From positions 334,242,001 to 334,306,000 of the forward strand of contig OZ024742.1 in the NCBI GenBank assembly GCA_964016885.1: a DNA stretch of 64,000 nt. The letters are read 5' to 3'. The notes beneath the pieces were generated by a model. The model was given only the letters and a program-made list of their open reading frames with translations. It made no database searches and was not told where the DNA came from. Source of the stretch: Eledone cirrhosa. Taxonomy: Eukaryota. The position numbers and the translations under genes were made by a program. Shown here one piece after another: positions 41,271 to 55,070 of this stretch. The stretch's first letter is position 1. Each line of letters opens with the position of its first letter.

Positions 41271-43148
41271 ATTTATATATATAGGAACGCGTTTACCACT
41301 TGAGTGTTTAAATAATTTGGATGATTAGCGTACAAAACCAAGTGAAGTCAGTCAGAATATGCAAGTTTGAGAATATTTAACTCTATAATAGATGGCTAGA
41401 TATAAAGGCACCATGGACATGATCCCGTAGAGAGAGCATACTCACAAGAGATCCAAATATAAACTACCAAAATTGAATGTCCATTGCAATATAATTAGTA
41501 ATTAAAAAACACGGCACAATTGATAAGACTCCTTTCGAATAGAACATTGTTTTGACATCAGTATTTTACTCTGATATAAAAATTTACCGTATGACGGAAA
41601 TATTATGAAAACAACATTCTATGTACACTTACACCGATGCATTCATGATAACATCTAGATAACTTATTATGTATTCAGTTATCGCTAATAATCAATCAAT
41701 TTCCATAAAGCTGTAATTCGATAAAAAGAAATGTAATGAGATCCTCCCCACGAGTACGCTTAAGGACATCCAAAAGAAATAACTGTAACCCTATGCTGCT
41801 GTGCATCCCAGTTTGGCAATCTCAATATTATTTTGTAAACGTTGCCTCACAAAACTTTAAAAATGCGACGGAACACAACTATAACGGAGTCCAACCATTT
41901 ATCTGTTTGTCGCCTGAATAATCGGAATTAACGTAAAATCCGGAATAGAATGTAAAGTAACATTGTTTATCAATAAAGTGAGCGTGTTATTTGTATATGT
42001 GTGTATGGATGTGCGTTATTATATTTACGGCACCAGCGTGTGTGGTTATATTTATGACATCGCTTTTGTTAATGATTTTCCATATTGCCTAATTAGTTCA
42101 TTTTTAGAACGCTATTGATAAAAAAAAACATAAACAGGAAAGCGTTAATAAAGCATATGAAACACAACATGGTCGTGCTTTAAAGGAAAGCTGTTATCTA
42201 TTTACAAAATTAGACATTTATATATATATAATTGTTTCTACGTTAGGCACAAGGCCAGCAATTACCCAGTGCATTACTGGTACTTTATTTATATATATAT
42301 AATGTTTACACATTAACACATATGCATACTTATACATAAATATGAGTCTGTGCATGTGTATATATTTGCGTGTTTCTGCTTCGTGTGAGTCTTTGAATGT
42401 TTCTATTCAGTGTGTGTCTATGTGTTTGTGTAACTTGAAATGATATGGTGGAAGAAGATTGTCTTTTGATAGTAGAAGAAACATTTAGAAAAATGGAATA
42501 TCTTGTTAAATGTTTATAGTATCAAAACACCGTATAAGATTGGACAACTTTCTCAGTCGTAATTTATTTACAGCGCAATATTTGTGTCGTTTCCTCCGAA
42601 ATCCTAGCCATAAAGTAGTTATTTTATTGAATTAGTCTGACCATAAGATACAGCATACGTAACAATAACGTCTTGAATATAAAAGTTAGCGTATAGGCCT
42701 TTGGGCTGTTATGGTTGTTAAATCTGAAAGGTTCTGTTAGAATGTAGTTTATGACTAAAATGCCGCCAAATCTTACGAGTTGTATCGTTGAAATGATATT
42801 GTTAGCTTCGTAACTTGTACAATTGAAAGAATTGAAATTCATAATCAATGGGGTCAGCCATCTTGTTTTCTGCAGCATAATAGTTTTAAAACGGGATATA
42901 GCAGCCTGCTTCTATCAAATTAAATATTATGCTAATGTTCGATTTACTTTAAACTCAATGGGTTGGAATATAATGATCTTGAGGCAATAATTGAGAGGAA
43001 TGACTTAGAATTATGAATACTTCGAATAAAATGGATACAAATAGAAATCGAAATGATTAAAAACAAAGAGAACAAAACCTTTAAAAATATTCAAAAATAT
43101 TTACCTGTAGCCCTTTATTATTTGGGTATATGAGAAAGCATGTTTGGT

Positions 43149-43224
<76 letters not shown>

Positions 43225-43749
43225 ATCGATTTAGTAATAGATGTGTCGCAGAAACATTATATATACTAGCAGAAAAAACACCATTCGGGTGGTTTTCTGC
43301 TAGCATGTGTAGTGTGTATATTGATATTTTCCGCAGGTATATATGCATGTAGATATGATACATCAAATAAAATCGTAATTGACAATATATAATACATAGA
43401 AATTGAACGAAGACTGCGTTACACTGTCTTATTTAAACAGTAACGTAATCCATGATACATTAAAAAAGACGATATTATATATAAATTGCATTAGAAGAAA
43501 ATTAGTGACAGAAAATTAGTATGTTTATTTAAACGATAGCCAACCGGAAGTGTTGACTTTTGAGAAATTTTAAAGAAGTGAATCTTTAAATAAACAAAAT
43601 ATATTTAATCAACAGCCACGAAATTTAGTAGATAAATTAAGTAATATTCATTCATTATTTATTCAAAGTAATCCAACTGATTTTACTAATGGGATTAAAA
43701 AATTATAAACCGTACGCAGTCCCGCGATCCTTACTTTATTATAGTTTAG

Positions 43750-44750
43750 ACTGTTTTTCGAGACCCTCAATTAAAATGATATGTCGGGCTGCAGTCTTCC
43801 AGATTTTGCTGATGGCGACCGGTGTGAAAAGGAAGTGGTTGGTCAAGTCTCGGAAATGTAGCTATCCTCCTCTCCTCTGCATTTATGGCGGTAGTGCCTG
43901 GTTTTGCGGCCCAAGCGACAGGTTTTAAGGAAGGGAACGGGTTGTAGCATGCGACATCCCACATAAAGGCAATAATAGACCGAAGGAGAGGTACTCACGT
44001 CTCAGAGGAGTATGACAAAATTAGACCTTTTAAGTTTGCAGGCCATCTATTCCGCCAATTCTGCTCCCTGGGAAGGATATCAGGGTAGCTCTCACGCTGT
44101 CACTGGTCAAGGCGATGTCATTGACAGATATGTGGAAATCCATTATATTGGCCGGATGCCAAAGGTGGAGAGCAACCAAAGCATCCATGGACCGTAGAAC
44201 CATGTCGCTCGAAGCCATTGCACGCACCGAAGCAGAAAGATTGCCCTCGATTAAGTTACAATTGACTCGATCACGGAGATGTTTCGTACAATCAGAAGGA
44301 TTGCTGCTTGTGAAGTATAGATGCAAGTGGATGCATGGGAAGTATAGATGAAGTATAGATGCATGGGAAAAGGGGTAGATTAATTGTAGGGGTTGGCAGA
44401 AGGTAGCGATGTTGCCTCTGAACCTCGAAATCAGTGAGGGATCTGATCTTTCTTTAGACTAATGGGACCCCCAGTGTGAGAGACGCAAAACTGATTAGTT
44501 GATTCTAATCAATTGGGCTATTGGTGTCAAATGTTTGGTTGATGGCTGACACTAAAGTTTCAGTTGTGGGTGTGTGGTCATTTTGGCGATCGCGACTGTC
44601 TGAGGCTGGAGATAGTTAGCAAGACCTCCACATGGCTGAGTGTGGTTAGACACCATGTGTTGACCTGGTCACACATGGTCTCTAACATCACACATGGTCT
44701 CTTTGCATCAGTGCCACTGATGCAGGAATTCTGACACGCGTCAAGTCAGT
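43750..44750 (-). mobile_element. Decayed CR1/L2-like LINE RT remnant
   Basis: GC-richer block; the minus strand yields FGIRPI*WISTYLS, resembling the RT G....WI..FLS segment. Confidence 0.4.
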
Positions 44751-45089
44751 TTGACGCAACTCCTACAGAGTGAATTACTGAGGAGTGGACAAATCTGGCG
44801 GAGCCCTGGTAATTACTAATTTCAATACAATTGTATATCAGGTTGTATCCTGTTCTGAAATGACGTTTCTTAAAATCATTTCTATCTCTTTGAAAAATTG
44901 ATTTTAAATCCTGAAAGACGGTATATCAAATATTGAAATAACGGTATATCAAATTAAGTTACTCAATTAATAAATCTCGAATAGTTTCCGCGCAATTCTC
45001 TTATCTGGTTACAATCGAGATCAGCATTGACAAAGTGATATGAAATAGCTGCCCAGTAATCACAGTTATAAGACAGAGGTTCTGAGAGC

Positions 45090-45420
45090 GTGTATAATAG
45101 TGAATGGGTAGTGCACGTGGTTAACGATCTTAAGTTCGAGATTTCGATTCGGAGCCCGGGCGACGCATTGTGTCCTTCAGCGTGACAATTGATTTCACGT
45201 CGCCCCAGTTATCTCCGATGGTAGAATAATGAGTTTTGAAGAAACTAGTGTCAAGCTGTATCGGTCTTTACCTTTCGTTTTGACTACATCAGTATATCGG
45301 ATAGGGGAGACGGTTAAGCATGGGCAACAGCTGTTCTTCCACAAAATACCTTACCAAGGCTTAAGCTTCGTAGAGGCAACCCCATGCTTAGTATCTCACC
45401 GGTATATAACTCAAGGCCAG
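45090..45420 (+). mobile_element. Diverged tRNA-derived SINE
   Basis: ttcgattcggagc..tgtgtccttcagcgtgaca..tttcacgtcgccccagtt resembles the 2165-2450 head and centre. Confidence 0.5.
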
Positions 45421-45712
45421 TCAGGACCAAAGGACTCCCTTTCTTTACCAAATCTGAAGATAGTGTCTCGATACATTATCTGCAGATTCCTCAATATTTC
45501 GGTATAGTTGACTTGTACTTTTAATTCAAATGGAGGTTAACGCCAGCAATGTTTACAAATGTTCGTATGTCTTATAATATCTGGTTACTTATGCCTACCT
45601 ATGACAAAGTTCCGTGTGTGTGTGCGTGTGTGTATGTATGTGTGTAGATATATGTGTGTGTGTGTGTGTGTATTCGTGTGTGTGGTGTGTGTGTGTGTGT
45701 GTCTGTGTGTGT

Positions 45713-45750
<38 letters not shown>

Positions 45751-47431
45751 TTGTGTATCTGGCGATTCGGCTACGAACAAACTTATTTTTTAAAAGTTGA
45801 ATTTTGTTTCACCTTTTTTTTATGCCAGTGGATGGAAATATTTTTGAGACTTCCAACAAGTACAAAGTAGATTAATACAGAGTCCAGTTATACCACTTGA
45901 GCCACCATTATTGTCTCTGTGTATTGTATAAATGGCAGAGAAAGTCATATATATATATGTGTGTGTGTGAGTGCCTGTGTGTATATGTGTGTATGTGTGT
46001 GTGTGGTGTGTGCCTATTTGTGTGTGTTGTGAGGCATAGTTGTGTGAGTCTGTAAAATGTTATGTGGGTGTGTATCTGTATGATGGAAAGCAGGAAAGAT
46101 GTGAATAAAATCGCCATGGAAATGAGAGAAAAACAATAGAGAGACTAAATCAGAAAAATAAATTAATATAATACGATGAAAGAAGGAACTAAGAAGAAAA
46201 GGGTTGAGAGAAAGAGAAAACATAAAGAAAGAGGGACAGATAAAGTAGGAGGGTGAGGGAATGAGCGTGATATGGGAAAGGGAGTTAAATGGTGAGATAA
46301 GTAATTTTGTTAATGGTTCCTTTAAAAGATCGCATTCTCTGGAAGATATTTGATAAAAACAAACAGTTAAATACAAGCGATAGAACATCAACAACAACAA
46401 CATGAAAAGAAGTAATGAAGACAAAGTGAAATAAATGGGAAAGTAGTTTTGCCAAAAGACAGATTCCTTATTAAATCACCATCAAATAGATTTTGTGGAA
46501 GCATCAACCTTTATCTTCAGCCTGACACCTACACTGAACAGCCATTTTAACGTGATGTGTTAGAAGAAATCGTTAATAGTGACCGTCTATTGGCTAATAA
46601 TGCTGCTGCTACTGCTGCTAGAGAGGGTAATGGTTGTGGAAATGGTACTGATGTTAATAGAATGGTAATAGAACAGTCGGTCGGGATGTAGATATCTTAT
46701 TCTTGATGTTGACAGTTTTAGTGATGGCTAATGATATTAGTGCTAATGTTATCAACGGTAAATTGGCAGAATCGAGAGAACGTTGGTTGGAATGCATTGA
46801 GTTATTTATTCCTGCTCGCTGAGTTCAAATCTCGCCAAGGCCAACAGTTTCTGGTCGATAAATAAAGTACTAATGTAAGGTAATGTACCAATTAGTGGAA
46901 ATGTAAAAATATCAGATTTGATGCTTTGTATTATCTAACTCGGATATGTGTGTTCTGAGTTCAAATCCTATAATCTTCCAACAGAAATTGCAGCTAGGAA
47001 AAGGACAATGGGAAGGCCAATGTAAATAGTTTACTTGGCACAATCTGACAGTGGGCTTCTTTTCTTTTCTTCATTATAGATATGTTCTCTGTTGTCATTG
47101 TGAGTAAGTTGATATTAAAGATGATGTTATAAGTGGTTGATATTTTTACGACAGTAATGTTAGTTATAGGTATATTGTTGTTGGTTTGTTTTGTCCGAGA
47201 TCACCGATTATCGAACAGAACAATAATTAAATAAAATTCTAAACTATGACCATTTTGACTTTTATTCAGATATATTATATTGAAGCATATATTATCCAAT
47301 ATAGCCTTTTTTTGGTAAGGTGGGGAGTGATGTAAAGGAGTTTTTCCTGCTATTTGATTTAAAGTCGCGTTGACGGGAAACGATAGACCATGTTTTATAA
47401 ATGGTGGTGGCGGTACAAAGATACGTATATA

Positions 47432-47491
47432 TGAGTTCGGATCTACCTGTCGAAATGGCCGGAGCTCAGCCGTCAGGATCCTGACTCTTTT

Positions 47492-47495
<4 letters not shown>
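47432..47495 (+). mobile_element. Family B-related HHR 3'-half remnant before (TA)n
   Basis: gtcGAAAtggccggagctcagccgTCaggatcctga matches about 24449-24480. Confidence 0.65.
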
Positions 47496-47537
<42 letters not shown>

Positions 47538-47539
<2 letters not shown>

Positions 47540-47750
47540 CGAGGTCTGTCACAAAAGTGACTAGACATCAGTCACTAAAAAATATTCCAAACCTAAACTA
47601 TAAACTATAACTTTTCCACTTCCAAATAGTCCCCCGGACATTCCCATACCTCTCTGACAAGCCTCTCTGTATTCCTGGAAAGTTTCTCCTGGGATTCTCC
47701 GCAGCCCTGTAGTTACAGCCCTCTTGATTACTTCGACGTCCGAAAAACGG
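47538..47750. mobile_element. Mariner-like transposon end
   Basis: TA-CGAGGTCTGTCACAAAAGT resembles a mariner TIR, followed by aaatagtcccc; no partner TIR or transposase seen. Confidence 0.5.
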
Positions 47751-49039
47751 ATCGGACTCGAAAATTCATTACTTAACACCAGTGATGACTCTCCCCAGCA
47801 CATACCAATGGGAAAGAATTTGAGCCGTTCATCAGATTGGACGTAGGAAACTAAGTTTCCATTGGTGCTTTCCATGCTATATAATCTACCAGCGACCAAA
47901 CATGGTGACCGGAGGCGCAATTTGAACTCAGAATGCAAAGAACCGGACGAGATACAGCAAGACAACAATCCTGATTCTTAAAAAATCCTGCAACTTCACT
48001 GTCTCTTGGACTGCTACTTTATTTAATGCGAAACGATAAAAGAGCAAGTTGACATCAGCATTAACCAGCCAGTTCCTTTCAATTTTTATATCTAAAAATA
48101 TGCACCAGAATGCAATATCACTAGACAAGTATATAACTGTATTTTACAGAAAACACTTAGAACATATATTAAGTATATATCTCGTTGAAATTACAGATGT
48201 AGGTGACAATTCCACCTATGACGTAAAAATAATTCGATACGCAAAATTTCCTATAGTAGAGACAAAAAACATTTTAAATAATGTATACATACGCGCTACA
48301 AACTAACACACTGATGCAATCATTAATGTAATGTATAGTAGATATAATATGCCCTCGAACACAAGGTGAATGATATATACAAACAATAGTCACAGTTTCT
48401 CATTAAGGGTTATTGTTTTCGCGTTCTTCATGGCTACATTCTTCATGATAGCCAGCCGTAAACATGTGATATACGAAGGCATAGAAAACTACTTACTAAG
48501 AATGAAAACCTAGACCAATACACATAAAACAGCAAGCAATAAAATAACTCTTTGCCTGACAGACTCATTTACAGAGGAAATCTTTTATTTCTATGAAATA
48601 TGTTTACAGCTTATGCACAGATAAATGCATTAACTTGCACGGAGAATGCTGATGTCCACATAAAAAATCTATCAGTGATGAAATTCTTGCTAGAGATTAT
48701 CAGCCACAAATGTAGCACTAAATGCATGGATATGGGACTGGTGGTCGTATGATGTAGGGATCAAAATATATAATTGTAAAATTGAATATAAATGATTGTA
48801 TGTGTTGCCCTAAGGATATGATTGCTGTTTGAATGATTTGAAATTGTTTTGGGTAAATTTGGTAATACCCACAAACCCTTATTTAGTGCAATTTAAATCC
48901 TTGGTAAATCTCATCATACCCGTCCTATTTGATATTAACGTATCGTGTACAGAGAAAACCTGAAAACACCTGTTAAGTATAAATAAATTTATTCGGCAAC
49001 GGGAGATTTGAAACAACATTAAAATATTCGGTGGTTCCT

Positions 49040-49815
49040 TTGGGAAGAAGACGTTTCCAATTGATCCGGCTGGAACCCCAAGCGAGACCAGGTGAGCTCA
49101 TGGTGTTATCCAACCATCTTGCTCGGGGTATAATCCTGTGTCTGCAACCAGTCAGTTTTTCCCATAAAATCTGTCCTGTGATTCTTTCCTGTGACATTCT
49201 AACCACATGTCCATAGTACTGGAGCTGAGATCTCTTAATTTGGAGAAGTAGCAACGCTTAGTTGAGTGACTCACTGATCTTCGAGGTACACAGGCTATCG
49301 AGTAACGTTACTCCAAAGAGCCTTCGGAGGAACCCCATTTCGGCCGCTTGTACTCTGGATCGTATTCTTTAGGCTATTACATATGATTCATGACCGTAGG
49401 TAAGGGTTGACACGAATACCGAATTGCAGATAGTGTGTTTAGCTTTTACACCTACCGGTTTCTTCCGATTACCGAATGCTAAAGCTGGCGCATTACTGCA
49501 TCAGCCCCTGCAATTATTGCGCACAATAAAGCCTCCTACTTTCCACAACTCGTGAACACAGCCCCGAAATATTTGAACTCTCCACGTGCTTCACTGCGAC
49601 TCCATTGACAGGTAAGTGCACCGCACATGTTTCATTGAGATCACAGTTCTCAGTTTTCTCAGCACTGTTTTTCATTCCAGCTATGGAGCGATCGGCATCG
49701 AACCTATCAGGTGCAAATCGGGGGCCTCCTTCTTTCAAGTTAAGTAATACTATGTCAGCAAATTCCATCCGATTGATTCTACGCTCGCTAGTCGTGATGC
49801 CGCTTCCAACCCTGC
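49040..49815 (-). mobile_element. RTE-clade LINE 3' fragment, decayed
   Basis: EFADIVL (YADD-like) and QIKRSQLQYYGHVVRMSQERI..RWLD, a typical RTE C-terminus. Confidence 0.75.
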
Positions 49816-49849
49816 AAACTGAGGACATTGAAACGTAGTCAGGATAGTT

Positions 49850-50800
49850 CAGTGCAGCAGTTTCTGCTTCAGCTTTTAAAAGCAACGAGAAAGAAGTTTT
49901 ATGTGGCGCAGGATTGCAGGAGGATCGCTTGGTTCAATTGAAAGGTCAAAGATTCCATCTGAGAAACGAAAAAAGCCTACAAAGCTTAGCTTGGAAACAA
50001 GTCCTCCTTCTTGCACGTACGGTACAGGCAGGCACCAAGAATCGCAGCAGATACATTAAATGAGTACAACGCTAAGACACGGGAGGACGTTGTGGTTAAG
50101 ATGGAATCCATCTTCAGATCAGCAAATAAAGTCTTCTGGCAGATCCTCCGCCGTTTTCGAAATAAGTTGCTCTCCTCCACACCTACTATCAGGAATGGAT
50201 CCAGGGTTTTCATCTCTTCACGAAGTGAAGAATATACTTTCCTTATCTCATAAAGCCGATCATCACAGCATCTTCTGGTGTACAAGATGTGCATATGGGA
50301 GCGATAACTAACCTCTCTGAGGTTGAGGTCACAAGAGTAATTAAAGAGCTCAAATATGGCAAGGATTCTGGGGAGATAGAATTTGTACCAAGTTGTCTCT
50401 GGCTGAATCGTGTGCCGGTTGGCCAGGATCTTTGGAAAGGCACCTAAGCGATGACAGTCCGGAGATATGATCCTAATTTTAAAAAAGGGAGACAAGAAAG
50501 ACTGTTCTAATTATTGGGGGATCTCCTTGTTACGACCACCGGCTAGGTCTAAGCTAAGTGTCTAGGTAAGATACATTGGGAGATTATCGCGGACAAGCTA
50601 GCTGATGAATATGGTTTTCGCCTTTGACGCAGCATAGCCGACCAAATATTTGCACTGCGACCGGATTTCGAGAAATCGTGGTAGCACTGCCAAGAGGTGT
50701 ACTCCTGCTTTGTAGAGCTCAAAAAGTATATGACCAAGTTCCACGGGATATGTTGTGGAAGGTACTGCAGGAGTATGTGATTGAAGGTTAGGTTCTTGTT
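49850..50800 (+). mobile_element. RTE-clade LINE fragment (linker and RT N-terminal subdomains), decayed
   Basis: KKGDKKDCSNYWGISLL, YGFR..RSIADQIFALR and CFVELKK..YDQVPRDMLWKVLQEY read across frameshifts. Confidence 0.8.
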
Positions 50801-51420
50801 GCCCTCATATCAATATACGAATACCTGATTTATTCGGATAAATAATACTAAATAGAAACGATTTAAATTTCACGAATACATTAGATATATTCGCCATACA
50901 TATACGACTTTGTCGCACCTGTACACAATGCATACACAACGTGTAATCGTAATAATGGACATTACATACCACAGAATAAATTAGAAAGTAAATCATAATT
51001 CAACCGCACTTCTATATTTATCAGAATTTCCCTCAAATATAGACGATTAATACTGGAAACAATGCCGAAAATAAAGACACTCGCAACATATACAAGCCAT
51101 AAGAATGAAAACAGTCTATGAGCGTCCAATAAATATAACGTTTCAAATCTCGAATTCAAGCCGTAATGTCTACATTAATATCATTGATACTGCTTATTAT
51201 AAAGTAGCAACAATATATACCAATATCACTTCATCCAAAATATGATAGAGTGATGGACAAGAAGCGTTCAGAATTGATCTGAGGACTATATTGTCCCAAA
51301 GTAGCACTGAAAGGAAGGACGGGATATATGAAATTTCGCATAGAACATAGCCAAGGTTTTAATAATGTGTGGGGGTGTATATACATATACATGTATGTTT
51401 ATGTGCATAAATACGTACAT

Positions 51421-51475
<55 letters not shown>

Positions 51476-51494
51476 TTATGTATGTATAATATAG

Positions 51495-51534
<40 letters not shown>

Positions 51535-51952
51535 AGTGAGGGACAGGCGGACAGACATACTGTCTCCACTAATGTGTATGCTAGTTTTTGTCCTGTTAGG
51601 TGTACTATAAAATGATTGATCTAGAGCTTTCATCTACGTCTGCAATGCTAAATGTTCAATAAGATGGAATATTGGTAGTGAATGGAGTAAATCGTAGGGA
51701 AAATGATTATTTTGTTGATACCCATTACAGAGATATTTTAGTAATAAACGATCCGGCATTAATGTTTTCATTTCACACACACAAATATACACATTCAAAT
51801 ACACACATATACACACACACACACATATACAAGCTCACATACGCACATAAACATAAGAACACACAAACATACAAATATATATATATAAATATATATATAT
51901 ATACATATATATATATGTATGTACGTATGTATATATGTATATATATATATAC

Positions 51953-52001
<49 letters not shown>

Positions 52002-52380
52002 CATACACACATATATATATACATATATATATACACAGACGCGCATCCTCACAGGTTTGTGCGGAATCGGTGGCGAATTTACTAAAAAAAAAAAAAAAGA
52101 AATTTGGTATAATAAATATTATATAAAGATATGTTATGTACACAAATGTGTGGATGTATATATCTGCACATACTCACACACATAATGTTTATATTTACAC
52201 ATAAATGTTTCCTCACAAATACAAACACGTCCCTACAGAAAGAGGAACTCACGTAGTTACAATATAGATTTATCATATATGCATACATATATATTATAAT
52301 TACATATATGTGTTTCAACATGCATATATATATATATATATATAGATAGATAGATATATTTATAATTATATTTACATATA

Positions 52381-52466
<86 letters not shown>

Positions 52467-53532
52467 TGTTGAAATATATAAATACATACATATGCATTTA
52501 TATACATACACACATATATAAACACATACACATGTGTGTGTGTATATATATATTTACGTACATAAATACATATTTATTTCCTAGCCATCTACATAAGTAT
52601 ATCACATAAGCATATATATGATATATTAAATGCAATACTTTGTAAAACTGCAGCTGTGTCTGTATTTCACGTTGTTCGTTAAATTCTATAGCCATAATAT
52701 TGAAGAGAGACATATTTCGAAGATATAAATGAAAATTCCTCTCCGATGACCGAAAACGACTGTTGAAATTACACGAAATACCATTAAAACAAAGTAGCCA
52801 GCACTTTTCTCTTCACGTCTCCACGTATAAAACTTTGCAAACTTCCATTTCTGATATTATATATCTCGTAAATTCTCTGCTGAATCTCCAAACCATTTTG
52901 TCTCCTATTGTTAGGTAATTTTAACTCGATCTTTGTAATTTTAGTTCTTTGTTCTATGACAAGCATTGCTACTACTATTCACTGTATTCTATCTCTATTT
53001 ACTCCATTTTGCTCTCTTTTTCTTGTCTCTCTTCCTTTTCATCATTATCGTTTTCTTTCTTCTTTTTCCTCTTCTTATTTTCTAGTCTTCATATAATAAT
53101 ACTTATATTCTGTAACAGAAATGATGTTTTTCAAATCACTGCAAGTACACTGTACATACAATAGTAAGAAAACAGACATTCATTCCGGGTGATAAAAGAT
53201 TTTAATCCCAGTGTTACTTGGATCAGATCATTTTGGTTTCAACAAAGTCAGAAGAATACATACACAAATGACTACACATTTTCACACATAGCTAAATAAG
53301 GAATTGCAAACAAAACAATAACCTCTCTTGTGCTTGCTTTCGATTCTGTAAGTGCTTGTGTTTTTGCCACGGTAAATGTACACATTATTCTCTGCAAGTA
53401 GTTATGCTTGTGCCACGATAACATGCACCATCTACACTCTGTGAAGGGTAGTGTTGGTGCCACGTAAAATACACCCAGTGCATCCTGGGAAAAGTAGTGC
53501 CAGTGTCACTACAAAATGCACATAGGCTATCT

Positions 53533-54515
53533 TGCGAGCTGCAGTCCTGGGTCAAGCAAAGACCGAGGAAAATGGGCGACTGGCACATCGAATGTGCTCA
53601 GGCGCTCACAGTCCTCTGGCAAATGGACCCGGTGATCAGTGGAGACTCCACTTCGACATTCTATAGAGGGTTGGTCCGCAGCAAGTGCGACGACACGCTC
53701 GGAGAAACTCTAGGCGTAGAGGAGGACGAACTGGCCAGTCTGTTCGGTAGGACCTTACGCCCGGGACCAATGGACAAATTCCAAAAGTCTCTGGCCTGGC
53801 AGTGCTACCGAGGAGCTCTACCAGTTCGAGACAAGCTCTACAGACACGGGCGCCCAAGTAGGGACCCTTCGAAAAAGAAATGTCCGAGATGCGTGCGCGA
53901 CGAGGAAACCCTCGCGCACGCATTTGTACACTCCCGGGCGTTACCGACCTATGGGGCTATGTAGAACAACTATTGTCGCGGGTGGGACCAATCCGGTTGA
54001 CCACCGAGTCCATTGTCATGATCAAACCGCCACCCTCCTTCAAAAACGAGGGAGAAGCGGTTTTCCTATGTGTTATGGCTATGGTGAAAGAGGTTATATG
54101 GTGGAGGAGGTTAAAAGGGCTGAGGTCAGAGACCTTTCTCTCCGGTGAGCAACTGATTCGTTTTTTCAAATATCATTTTGGAAGAAGAATCAGGATGGAG
54201 AGAGAGGTGCTGTACCCCAGCAAATTTTATAAAAGGTGGGTGAATGTGGCAAAGATGGCCCGAGTGGTTGGGCACTCTCTCTATATCAGCCTGTAGGTTG
54301 AGGAAAAAGAGGAAGAGAGATGAGGGTTGTATATTTTTTCGGGGCGTGTACAACCCCTGTGTAACACCCCTTCCCCCTATTGAGGATATCAATTGTTATT
54401 TGTTATTTTAATATTAGTTTTATTTTCATATACCTGTACGTAAACTGCCCATTTGTATTTGTCCCCTACTTTTGTGCGTTTGTGGCTAATAAAGAAATTG
54501 ATCTATTAGTCTATT
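53533..54515 (+). mobile_element. Tx1-clade LINE 3' fragment (zinc-knuckle region plus 3'UTR)
   Basis: ALPVRDKL..CPRC..EETLAHAF; similar to the reverse complement of 59038-60060; ends aataaa..tctattagtctat. Confidence 0.9.
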
Positions 54516-54638
54516 ATCCTACATCGCCACAGAGTCCACTATATATCTTCTTCAATCCATCACACTTCCTACCTCTGTACAAATTTAAAATTTATCTAAC
54601 TATCTACATATCTGTCTGTCTATATGTATATGTATATG

Positions 54639-55046
<408 letters not shown>

Positions 55047-55070
<24 letters not shown>

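Noticed and set aside
41730-42900. Possible host exons on the minus strand (acceptor-like site near 41915, an INGWTPL string, ORF 42624..42878)
   Set aside because: Frames close quickly and no recognisable domain is present; cannot be supported without transcript data.
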